From positions 1,701,703 to 1,765,702 of the forward strand of contig NC_057756.1 in the NCBI RefSeq assembly GCF_004010195.1: a stretch of 64,000 bases of DNA. Direction: 5' to 3'. Made by a program: the position numbers and the translations under genes. Below the pieces are notes generated by a model. The model ran no database searches and was not told the DNA's origin. It saw nothing but the letters and a program-made list of their open reading frames with translations. This stretch comes from Chiloscyllium plagiosum. Its lineage: Eukaryota. This document shows, piece after piece, positions 13,088-26,600 of the stretch; position 1 is the first letter of the stretch, and the number at the start of each line of letters is the position of its first letter.

Positions 13088-16000
13088 ATGTTTAAACATT
13101 ATTGACTTCTTTCGTAGAATAACCAAGTTCTCTTGTTGATGATCCAATTATTAATATATATTCTTTGAACTGTACTTTTCATTCGTACTGGTTGAAGTTG
13201 CGGTTAATGATTTTTTTTGCCATTGCAATGAAATTATAGCAATGACATGCGTGCTCCAGTTTCTAAATATTATTGTTTTAAAACCTTTTTTCCCCGATTA
13301 ATTTATCTTTTTTTCTTTGTTTTTTTTTCGTGTCAAGCAGTGCCCTTCACATCAAACGTCAATGCTCACACCTATTTATATTTTTGTTGTGTGAAATCTC
13401 CTGTTTTTTAAAAATTTATTTATACCCCACACAACCGCCTAACTGCGATAGTGTCTATTTTTTTCCCCAGCACCCATGTTGTGTGTGTGCAGGTGTGACA
13501 CACAGTGAGAGACACAAGGTGTCCGAATCTTTATTCAATTTCCACCACCAGGAAGAAAGCAAACACCCGAGTGGCCAGTGACAAGCAGTGCTCTTCAAAT
13601 CAAAGGGCAATGCTGTGTGATCAAACAGTGAGGGGGGGGGGCGCAGGGATTAAATCAAAATAAAGTTGGAAGGGGAAATAATGCACTCCACTCCCTGCGG
13701 GGCCCAACTCTCCCTGAACAACTCCAGGGTATTGGTGGACACCGCATCCTCTTTCTCCAAGTACACCCGCGCTCTAATGTAACCGCGGAAGAGGGGCAGG
13801 AAGTCGGCCCTAACGACCCCCACCAAGACCCGCTGCTTGGACCTGTTTATGGTCAGTTTGGCCAGGCCCAGGAGCAGTCCCACGAAGAGGTCTTCAGACC
13901 TGCCCTCCTTCCTCTGGACCGGGTGCCCGAAGTTCAGGAACGTCGGACTGAAGTGCAACCAAAAACAGAGGAGGAGGTGTTTAAGAAAATCAAAAAGGGA
14001 GTGTAAACGCCCTCACCCAATATACACGTGCTCCACGGACTCCACAGCGCCACAGAACAAGCAGTTGGGCTGGGAGTCCGTGAGCCACCATAATCTGCGG
14101 TGGCAGGGGACCGCTGCGTGCAGCACCCTCCATCCCAGACCCCGAGAGAAAGGGGGAGGACACCCGGGTAGAGAGCCCTCCACTGGGGATCCCCTCCGCC
14201 CGGTGGCAAATGGGCATGCCAAGGCATGTCCGGATGGTGGATGAGGGAGAAGAGGTGGACAGGGCCCGCCTTTTTACGTCCTTAAAATGGACAAAATTGC
14301 AATTCCGGAGGCGGCTCAGGTTGTGGGTCACAGGCTCCCGCAGTAAGTACGGGACCTTGAGGCCAATGTGAAATTCTGTGCGGGCTGGGGTGAGTGTGGA
14401 CAGGATCCCACCGCACACCTGAGCATCCTCCAACTGGTGCACTATGTCGGGTCCGAGCACCGCCCTTTTAAGGCGTCGGATGCCGGTGCACACGTACCGG
14501 ACGTCTACCGCTGCACTGCTCGCTATGTCCTGCAGCAGCATCCAGCCCAGGCCCCCAGCCCCCAGCACGTCCCCGACCCTGGTCACCCTCGCCGCCACGG
14601 CCCTCCCCTCTGACACCCACTTGAACCCGCAAGTATGGAGGTGCGGATTCCTGAGCAACGGCTCCCTGACGACAGCCGCTACTCCTGCTGGAGGCTAGGC
14701 ATGACGTGCTTCGAACAATTTCCAGACAATGATCAGGTTCTGGAAGCGTTTTGAGGGCGACCTCCAAACCGTCACAGTCGACGAACAGGAGCTGTGTGTC
14801 GTAGTTGAGGTTACGCATCTGGCAGAAAAAATACATTGCCAGGGCGCACCATCTAGGAGGAGGCTCGACGTAAGGGTATCGCTACAAGGTCTGAAGGTGG
14901 AATGTCACGACCTGGGTGCAGACACACACCAGCGACTGTCTGCCCTCCTCAATATGGAGATCCAGAAGCTTCGCAGCGACCCAGTGCATCTTTTTGTCCC
15001 AGAAGAAGTCGACCAACGTTCTCTGGATGTCAGCGACAAAGCCAGGAGGAGGGACCAAAGTGACCAGCCGGTACCACAGAATGGCGGCCACCAGCTGGTT
15101 TATGACCAGCACTCGACTCTTTTAACATAGCACTCGGAGTAGTCCTGTCCAGCGGCCTAGGCGAGCCGAGACTTTGGCCTCCCGCTCCTGCCAGTTGGCT
15201 GGCCAGGATTCCTCAGCCGGGCTGAGGTAGACCCCCAGGTAGAGGAGATGGGTGGTCCTCCAGCTGAACCCCAGTAACTCCTCCGGCAGGGAGTTCACTT
15301 GCCATGGACCGACCAGTAGTCCGGAACATTTGGCCCAGTTGATCTTGGCGGAAGACGCTGCCGAGTACACGGCCTGGCACTCACACATCCTCCCCAGGTC
15401 AGCCGGGTTGGTGAAAGTGAGGAGCATGTCGTCGGCGTAGGCCGAGAGGACCACCCCCATGCCCACGCTGCGCAGAACCAGCCCCGACAACCTCCTCCGC
15501 AAGATGCGCAGGAAAGGCTCCATGCACAGGGAATATAGCTGGCTGGACAGGGGGAAGCCTTGACCCACTCATCTCCCGAAGTGAAGGGGTGTCGTCAGGG
15601 ACCCTTTAACTTTACAAGACACTCTGTGGTGGCGCACAAAAATCGGATCAGGTCTACGAATTGCGTCCCTAACCCGAATGTCCGCAGAGTCCCGAGCAGG
15701 TTTTCATGATCGACCCTGTCAAACGCCTTCTCCTGGTCGAGAGACAGAAAGCCGCTCGGCAGACCAGTCAGTCGACAGAAATGGATCAGGTCCCAGACCA
15801 GGTGGATGTTGTCGTGTATCCTCTGGGCCGGGACCGTGTAAGACTGGTCCTCTAAATGTTTTTTCTTTCCCTGGTTATATTTATTTTTTACATTTTTTTC
15901 CCCCACACGACTGCCTAACTGTGGTCGTGCTTATTTTTCCCCAGCACCGTATGTGCGCACAGGTGAGAGACACAGTGAGAGACAGAAGGTGTACGAATCT

Positions 16001-19000
16001 TTATTCAGTATCCACCACCAGGAAGATAGCAAATCACCCGAGTGGCCAGTGACAAGCAGTGCCCTTCACATCAAAGGGAAATGCTGCATGATCAAACAGT
16101 GAAGGAGAGGCAGGGATTAAATCAAAATAGAGTTGGACGGGGAAAAATGCACTTCACTCCCTGCGGCGCCCACCTCTCCCTGAACAACTCCAGGGTGTTC
16201 CTCTAATTGTTATTGAATGGTTTGTGATAATTAAATTGCTACGTCAGAAATACTTTTTGAATTTGCATTGATTACACATGTATTAAGTACCATCGAATGG
16301 CAAAATACTGAGAATAAAAACGTGAAGGGATGTAACAGATCTGAATCTATCGAAGTTTGGGACTGAACTACAGTACGGTGAGATCATGAAAGATTTAGGG
16401 AGGCGCAGTGGCTCAGCAGTTAGCACTGCTGCCTCGCAGCACCAGCAGACCCGGTTTCGATTCCGAGTTTGCACATTCTCCCCGTGTCTGCGTGGGTTTC
16501 CGCTGGGTATCCTGGTTTGGTGAACTGACCGTCTTAAATTGTCCATGGTGTTAGGTGAAGTGGTAAATGTAAGGGAATGGGTGTGGATGGGTTGCTCTTC
16601 GAAGGGTCAGTGTGGACGTATTGGGCCGGAGGGCCTGTTTCCACTCTGCAAGTAATCTAATCATTCTGCTGAAGTGTTGTATCTGCATACTGATAGCACG
16701 CCAGGTTTCCCCCAGTGCAACTCACAATACCGTACCAGTATTTTAATACGCTTGTGCATATTGCATTACACTCTCAGTATAATCCATTCTAAATAAGAGT
16801 CACAGTTACAATGAAATGAAAAAGCAAGGTATTTTTTTTTACTTCTGTTAACGTTTTAGGAAATTATAGTATGAAAAAAATGTGAAGATAAAATCATACC
16901 TCTTTCCTTTTTAGCCAGGTTTTGTTCTATGTTAATAAAGAAGCAATATGCAAATTGTACATTATTGCATAATAATAGCATTGTGCTGATACTTTCCCAG
17001 CAATAATCAAGGAAACACCAAAGCAATCTAATTATTGACTCAGATTTCTAACAGAACTTAACACAACGATGTGTTATCAAATTGCCCACTGATTCTATTG
17101 TACCAAGCCTTTCCAAATATGTTTATTCTACCTAGCCTATGGAATGCCAAGTGTAGGTTTTAAATCATAAATGTCGTTGGATTTGAATATAAGAAATCAT
17201 TCACTTTTTTCACAATGTTGCTGCAGAGGAGTGATTGCTGCTTATTGAAGACATTAATAAAAGTGATTTTCCTCTGAGTGAAATGAACATCAGCGTTATC
17301 AATTTACAATAACAACCTGCAGTTTCTAACCCCTGAATTAATAGAAGGAAACCAACATAAAAATTGGGAACTCTGCCATGTTTCATGTGCTCTGTCTCCT
17401 CCACTTTGTGCGTCATTGCTATGAGATTCCCAGTGATATATTATCTCAATTCAATTATTTCTTCACGAGGAGTTATTTTCTCGAAATACAAAAATCAACA
17501 ACTCTCTGCATCATATATACCCTATAATTGCTAATCTGAGTGCACAATGCATACTGATTTTGTTATTGCAGAAGAGTCATTGAATTTTGTACTTTTAAGT
17601 ATTAATGGAGGTATTTGTTTAAAGGTGCTGTAGATTCTCAGTTTATTTTTCCCCATCATTTTAAAACACCTATTCTTTTCTCAATTATGAACACAGAGAT
17701 GAACAAATCCATTCCTTTTAAACAGAAACTCATCATCAAGGCGAATTGTTTCATTAAGTGTTTAATGATATCAATGAAAATATTATAGTAAAATCTTTTG
17801 TTGCTGAATGAATTTCGATATCCAGACCTCATAATATGACGTGTTTGTCAAATTATGCGTCAACTCAGAAGCATCGTTTTAAAATACTTTGTCATGTCAT
17901 CAATATGAATATTGGAGCAACAACAAAGAACATAGAACAAAGAAAATTACAGTACACGAACAGTACCTTCGGCCGTCCAAGCCTGTGGCGATCCACATTC
18001 TCTATCTCAACATGTAGCATATTTTCTAAGAGGCTGTATCTTTCAGCTCCCTGCCCATTCATTAATTTGTCTAGATATATCTTCAATGACGCTATCATTA
18101 CCGCCTTTAACACCTCCATTTGCAACGTGTTCCAGGCACCCACCACCCACTGTGTGACGAAATTTCCACGCATATTTTCCTTAACCATTTGCTCTCTCGC
18201 CTTGAAAATGTGACTCTTAGTAAATGCGTCGCCCACTCTGGGAAAAAAAAAGCGTCTTGGTATCCACCCTATGTAATCCTTCATGATTTTTCGATCTCAA
18301 TCAGGTCCCCTCTTAACCTCTACATTACTAATGTAAATAATCCCAACCTCTCTTCATTGCTAGTGCCTCCCATACCAGGCAACATCCCGGTGAATCTCTC
18401 TGCACCCCCTCCAAACCATTCACGTCGTTTTGGTAATATGACAAGCAGAAGTGTACACAGTGTTCCAAATGTGGACAAAACAAAATCACATATAATGGTA
18501 AGATGACCTGCCAACTCTGGTACACAATACTTCATGCGGTGAAGGAAAGCATGTCTTCTTGACCACTCTGTCCACCTGCATTACCAGCTTCAGAGAACAC
18601 AAATGGACCTGAACACCCAGATCTCTCTACACATCGATTTTCCCCAGAGCTTTTCCATTCATTTTACAGTTCGCTCTTGAATTGGATCTTCCAAATTGTT
18701 TCATCTCAAATTTGACCGGATTGAGATCCATCTGCTAATTCTTTGCCCATTTCCCTCATCTATCTAGATTCGGTTGCATTCTCCAATAGTCCCCCTCACT
18801 ATCTGGTCCTACGCTAATCTTCATGTCATCTGCAAACTTGCTCATAAGACTGCCTATTCATTCATCCAGATAGTTTATGTCTATCACAAACAACAATAGT
18901 ACCAACATGGAATCGCATGGAATACCGCTGGTCACAGTTCTCCACTTTGGGAAACTCCCTTTCATTGTTGCCCTCTGTCTCGTTCTGCTTAGCCAGTTCT

Positions 19001-22000
19001 CTATCATTCTATCAAGTATGCCCTGAACCTTATGTGCTTTCACTTTCTCCATCAGCCTGCCATGTGGCATTGTGTCCAACACCTTACTGAAGTCCATGCA
19101 TATGGTATTGTGTCAAACACCTTACTGAAATCCATGCATATGACATCTGCAGCCCTTCCCTCATTAATAAACTTTATCACTTCCTCAATGAATTATATAA
19201 GGTTTGTAAGGTATGACCTTCCCTACACAAAACGATGTTGCTTACCACTGATAAGCCCATTTTCTACCAAATATAAACAGGTCCTATCGCTCAGTATCTT
19301 CTTCAATAGCTTCCCTACCACTGACATCAGGTTCATTGGTCTATAATGACCTGGATAACCCCTGATAGAATTCTTAAGGAAGGGGATGACATTGGCAATT
19401 TTCCACTCCACCGGGACCTCATCCGTGTTCAAGGATGCTGCAAAGATATCTGTTAAGATCCCGGCTATTTCCTTTCTTGCTTCCCTCAGTAACATCTGGT
19501 AGTTCCCATCCGGGCGTGGAGACTTGTTCCGTTAACACTTTTCAGAATACTCAACATTTTGTCCCTCCTTATGTGGACTTGGCTTACAGTTATCAAATAT
19601 CTATCCCTAACCTCAACGTCGGTCATGTCCCTCTCCTCAGTGAATACTGATGGTATGTACTCTTTACGAATCTCACCCATTTCCTCTGACTCCATGCATA
19701 AGGTTCTTCTTCGTGCTCGAGTGGGTCAACCCGTTCTCTGGTTACCACCTTGCTCTTTATATAGGAATAAGTGGCGTTGGGATTTTTCTTAACCTTGTTG
19801 GCAAAGGAAATTTCATAATAGTCTTAATTCCTCGTTTCAGATTGGCCCTACCTTCCTGATACTGTTGCAAAGCTTCGTCTATTTTCACTCAACTATACCT
19901 TATGTATGGCTTTCTTTTTCCTCTTCACTCATCTCACATTATTACCTTTCATCTATGATTCCTTAATCTTGCTATTTCGTTCCCTCATTTTCAAAGAAAA
20001 TTCCCTCAATCGAATTCATCTCTCTTTAAAATCATCCCATATATCACATGTGGATTTATTTTCCAACACCTGCTAACAATTCACATTCCCCAGTTTCGGC
20101 CGAATTTTACTGTCGTTGGCCTTCCTCAAATTTAGCAATCGCCATTTTCGGAACACTCACATTTTTGTCATGAGTTGCCTAAAACTTACGGAAATCTGAT
20201 CATTATTCGCAAAGTATGACTCCACTGAAATATTAGCCACCTGATCGGGCTCATTCACCAACAGAAAGTCCAGTATAGCCCCTTCCCGAGTTGGACTATT
20301 TGCAAACTACTCTACAAAACCTTCCTGGATGCTTCTTACAAATTCTCCTCCTTCTAGTCCTCTAACATTTGGTAAATTCCAGTCATAGTTGGGAATATTA
20401 AAATCTATCACCACCACTGTGTTGCTCCTATGTCTTTCCATAATCTGTTCTCATATTTGTACCAATATCGCATGCTCACTGTTGGCAGGCCGGTTGTACA
20501 GTCCCAACATTGCTACCGCACCATTCATATTTCTGAGCTTTGCCTACATTGCCTCACTGCTCGAGTCCTCCATAGTGACCTCATTCGGCCCAGCTGTGAT
20601 ATCCTGTCAGACCAGTGATTCAACTGAGATGCTGGTTCATGACCCGCATTTTCTGATGCATGCTACCAAAGCAACTGGGAAATTTGAAAGAATAGTCCTT
20701 TGGATTAAAGTGCCCAAATGATGAGCTTTTGTTATTGGTACTATAATAAACGAATACAACGTGGTCACTATACCCTGCGAGTAGATTACACGGAAACAAA
20801 ATATACACCATGCACATCATGGATATTCTGATACCCATTGTTTCACTCCACTCTATTTTCCTGTCTGGTGTTTGGGAACTTTTGCTTTAGGTGGCAGACT
20901 ACAAAGCAATACTTGTTGAATGCATAACCATGTCATATTTGTGAATTTCTCATATTCTATGCAAGCATTATTTTTCGTCTGTGGATCATGTTAAGTGGAC
21001 ATCTCAATGAAATTTTCAAATTAAACGGACGCTATAGAAATAATTTACATTAGAACATAGCAGCCCAAACAGGTAACACTGCTCTCGTTCTCATATTATG
21101 AATCTTGACATCTGTGGAACAGAAATGACTATACAGTATTATATATATATTTTAAAAATCCAAACCTGTTACATTCCATTGAAAAGTATATACTTATGAA
21201 ATGATTGTCTCAAACCAACAAGGGAGACACAGTAAGATTTCACAATGGCAAAGCTATGACAACTGAGCAATCGAATTCATTTAATTTGTTAATTGACAGT
21301 TTCCGTCTATTCACATAAACAGTTCAATTTTTCCAAATATATTTCACTTCATCCTCACAAAACAGAATGATTTCATTCATTTCTTTATGGAAGTATTCCT
21401 TGAGTATTGTGTCATTCACTAGCCACTAAAGGCACAGCACCGGCTATTTTGTGCATGTTGCTGTAGGTAGTCCTAAACACAGGACTTTGTGAATCTCTGT
21501 CAGAAGTTCCACTAAATGAGCAACTGTGATGCAGATCGGTGTATTAATAAGGAAATGAAGCAAGCCCTCAGGTGATAGCAGCATGCTAAATGTCACAATC
21601 TTTTTACATGTTGTTTATTTGAGAAGACAATGCACGTTTTGGAATTGGTGCCATGAGACGTGCATTAACTTGCTCCAAGTGCAATAACGTTGAAAGTCGA
21701 TGCATTCTGTGTTATTTTCGATCAATAATTGAGGAGTTACTGCAGTTGACAAAGTTCTCAGGGGATCATTTATAAATAGGTCAGGAGAAACTGTCTGCCC
21801 ACAGACTCCCCATAGCAAATCAGACAACCATTGTTAAGCATTCTTACCATTATAACACACAACAAGAACAGAACAGATTTAAAAAAAAATACAGTAATAA
21901 ACCAAGAGTATTCATGATTTGATAGTAAAACAAAATTAGTTTATTTACCAGTTTCATCAAGACTTTTATTCACGTCTTGCAATTCTGAAAATATATGGCA

Positions 22001-23603
22001 CAAATCTTATTTCTAAAATCCATCAAGACTCTTTTCCGTGCCAAAAGTCTAAAACTAATCAATGCATCTAGATGGGAGCTAAGCGACAGAAAAGTTTTCT
22101 TGGCTGTTATCTCAGGGAATTTTGCACCAAGAAAAAAGAGAACTCTGCCTGCGCTGCAATTGGTTATTGTCCATATGAACTATTGCATGCAATTGTCAGA
22201 TGCTGCATATCATAGGCAGTTATACAGTCCTACAACACGGAGACAGTCCCTATGGGTCAAACTGGCCCATGTCATCCAAAACGTCTGTCTATGCAAATTC
22301 AATTTTACTGCAATTGGCAGTATCCCTCTTATTGTTTTCCTATCCAAGTGTTTGTCCAAATGCATTTTAAATGTTGTTAATGTAACCATCTCAAATACTT
22401 CCGCTGACAGCTCATTCTGTAGATATACCACCCTCTGTGTAAACATTTGACCCTCAGGTTCATTTTATTCTTGCTCCTCAAACTAATGCATTTTACGTCC
22501 TCGATTCCCCAAACTTCGGAAAAAGACTGAATTCATTCACTCAATCCATGCCTCTCTTAAGGTTATAAAACTTTATGAGCGTTCCCACACCCTTCACCAC
22601 CCCCACCTCCGCCTCAGTCTCCTCCGCTCTAAAAAGAAGGGTCCCCATTTGCCCAACCACCCTGATAACTTTGAGCATTGAGTCATGGCAACATCCTTGT
22701 ACATTTCTTCTGCACTTTTTCCAGTTTGCTAGCATCTTTTGTATACAAAGATGACCAAACTTCAACACAATGCTCCAAGTACAGCTTCGCTAATTTCCTT
22801 TACAACTGGAAAATAACTTACCAACTTCTCAACCCCATGCCCTGTCTGATGAAAGCCAAATTGCTAAAACCCTTCTTCAGTGCCCTGTGATTGAACTTTC
22901 AGAGAACGGTGAACATTAACTCCAAGAGCTCTCTGTTTCACTCCATTCCTTAAGCCCACACATTTTCGATGAAACTCCTACCTTGATGTGACTTTCGAAA
23001 ATGTAAGACCTCACACTTTCTTCTATTAATTTCCGTTTGCCATTTCTCAGCCAACTGCCTCAGCTGATTCATGGCATGCTGCATTTTTGGATAACCTTCC
23101 TTACTACCCACGATGCAACATATTTTACTGTCATCTGGCACTTACGAATGATGCCTTATACATTCTCATTCTAACCAATGGCACAGATTACACGGTGGAC
23201 CTCGTCTGCAACTGAGGCATTCCAATTGTCACAGGACTCCATTGCTCCAAACTTTCTTCTATGTTTTAAATAACATGGTGGATCTGTTGCCCTGGAATAA
23301 CAAACTTTTCGATTAATAGAGGAATATTACATTAAACTTTTTTTCCAATAATTGTACTGTTTTTGGTGTTCAGAAATACAATTCGACAAAACAACATTAG
23401 GTAAAGATTTTTTCAATCAAATGAGTGCATAGAAATTAACAGAAATTAGTAGAAAGGATGTAATTCGAAAAGGAGAAACCATTGGTTCGACAGAGAGAGT
23501 GATTGACAGAGAGAAAACGAAGGAATTAAAGAGAAAAAAGAAAGAAATGAACTGAGAAAGAAAAATAAAAACGATCGAACGATGTGTAGAGAGGTAGCTA
23601 GAC

Positions 23604-23670
<67 letters not shown>

Positions 23671-26600
23671 AAGAAAACAAAACTTAAAAAAAAAACTGAT
23701 TCTGTAAATGATGATGATTGCATGGCTTTAAGAAATATATTTTATCCTGTTTTCATTAAAAGATTTTTCAAGGCAGACATGTGTCACAGTCTACAGGAGC
23801 AATTATTTAATCGGTCGTGTGATGTTGTTGTCTTACGTAAATTTGCAACAATGTTTACAGCCTGAATGGAGCAGTCCAGCTTCCACTGAAACAGGGTTTT
23901 TATTTTTAGCTTTCAGCAGCTGCTTTTGGTGTCTTGAGGAGTTGAATGCTGATTTTTTCCTGTCTTAAATACAGCCAAAGTCTGGGTAGTGAGGTTGCAC
24001 TTTATATGGACTGTAGTAATGCATTGGAAAGACGTCCCACGTGTCAGAATGGTGCCAAATCAAAATCAAATTGGATTCATGATCCTGGATAAAAAAAAAT
24101 CATAATAACCTAGTTTTGTATATAGTACGAAGCAATACCAATAAAATCAATATAAGGGCGCCTAAAAGATATTCAAGTGACAACACGGATGTTGGAGTGA
24201 ATACCAGATGAATCATCTGGTATTTAATCTTCGAAAATATTAATAAATTACTTCAAATGGATGAGATTTTCAAAACGGTGGAAAAAATGATGTTGCAAGT
24301 AATTCGAATTTATGTATTTTTTTCTCTTTAAAAGTGGTGAATTACCCAAGAGTGCAAAAGCAGAGTACGACCAGGAAATTTGTTTGGAACTTTAAAAAAA
24401 ATTACAAGAATGGCATGAATGTTGATCCCACAGAACTACGATTAATTGAATCATGCTACAATCTTCCGACAGAAATATGGATACCAAGAACAGAAAATAA
24501 ATTGCATATCGATGGATGTGCACGCGCAAGCAACGTTTTTCCACTGAATGTTTTCTGTTCTGAAAGGTTAACCTCTGTGCCATATATTCAACACATTTAT
24601 GAGGATTGTCATCGCAATCAGTGACATTAAAAATGGAGCAATTATCATTGAGAAACGAAAGCACTTTCTGGGAATGAATGACAGATGGCCAATTGAACGT
24701 TATATTTTCATGAGAAAACAAAGATACAATCATATGAAGGAGAACAAAGTAAATAAGTACCTGATCTAGAAACATATATTTGAAATATTTTGACAGTTAA
24801 TTCTGCGGAAACCTGTCTATTTGTGTTGAATTCTGAAAGTCTTTGCATAATGCTAGTTGTTAGTATGCTAACGTTTAGATTAGATTACTTACAGTGTGGA
24901 AACAGGACCTTCGGCCCAACAAGTCAACACCGACCCGCCGAAGCGCAACCCAACCATTCCTCTACATTTACCCAACACTACGGGCAATTTAGCATGGCCA
25001 ATTCACCTGACCTGCACATCTTTGGATTGTGGGAGGAAACCGGAGCACCCGGAGGAAACCCACGCAGACACGGGGAGAATGTGCAAACTCCACACAGTCA
25101 GTCGCCTGAGTCGGGACTTGAACCCGGGTCTCCTGGCGCTGTGAGGCAGCAGTGCTAACCACTGTGCCACCGTGCTGCCCACTGCAACGTTGCAGTATAA
25201 CAATGAATTTCGACAGTACTAATTTACAGAAGATATTAGAGTCGATTGAATGCGATGCAATTTGCCAAAAGTAAATTGATAGCGGATCATGCAGCTGAGC
25301 AAGAAGCTTAAAAATAGAATTAAGCATCACTCCAAAATGAAATTACTTTCATAAGGCAGCTTTGATTTTTTTTTCTGCAACTTTGCATGAAAAAACATTG
25401 GACCGTACTTTGGTCAAAGAATAGTTTCAGCCTCTTGCAAATGAATTCAATTGTTGGTCACCACAGTAAACAAGATGAAGAATAATATGAAAATGGAAAC
25501 AAACAGAAAAAAACGTGTACAATGCGAAGTGAAATTTCATTCTGAGTTATCGTGTCTACAATATTATCTTCAACTTGAGTCATGATATGACAGAGAAGAG
25601 CAGAATAAACCTAAAGTTTGAAAGAGCATATGATTGGATGGTCACTTAGCACACGAGTAGTTTGGACGTTTGTCCGTGAATCTACCATCATTTCGTGTGT
25701 TTTTGTTTTCTTTGACTGTCATGATGATCATAATTTGAACAGTTAATAATGTTTAATACAAGTAGATTCCAAGAGTTATAAATAGAAATAATGCGATGTA
25801 TCAATGGAATATTTGCCAAATCTGCAAAGTCACGAGAACTGAGTTGAGAATCAAAATATAGTTGGTAAAGCTGTATTGCATGTCAAAATACTTAAGCAAG
25901 CATAAAGCATGGCAGGGCATATTGATGACTGGTTTATCTGTGATGAGGGAAACACTGCTTGGAAGGACATGTTTTTGAAGTGAAGCACTCTACATTTTTG
26001 TTGTGTTTTGGAAAAAAATCAAAATAAGGAAGAAAATTGAATACTACACAGTGGCAGTGGGGCCCTTTTTTGGAATTTCAGCAGAGAGAAAAAGAGGAAA
26101 ATTTGTGGAAGCTGAAGATGCGGTCTTGGATTTGACATCAGATGACGATATGCAGACGACTTTTTCACTGAAGGGAAATTGCCAGTTTTCAACATAGATG
26201 TTGAACGCGGTAGTCAGAATAGCTTTAATGAGAATGAAGAAATTCATAAATTATACAATTTTCGTTGATGATGTTGCGAAAGGATGTTCTGTGAAACTTA
26301 CTGCTGGAGTCATGACATGAGATAAATACCAACGCTGACTTACACTCAGAAACAGCAAAAAAATAGACAGAACATAAAAAAAAATAATTCCAGGAATTAA
26401 ACACAGATATACCCGGTGAAACTTGGGAATACTTTGAGAATGTGTTGCAAAATGTCTGCATTCTCTTGCCTTTCACCTCAATTGACCAATGTTTCGAAGC
26501 CATTGAAACATCATTGTTCCAATTTCGCCAGATTTTATTGATTACAATGGACATAATTCTTTTGATTCTCCACAGTTGTTGGCATCCAGGTATGTGTTGC

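Noticed and set aside
12491..13105. 204-aa and 188-aa ORFs
   Set aside because: Artefacts of the N gap and the (TCTA)n repeat.
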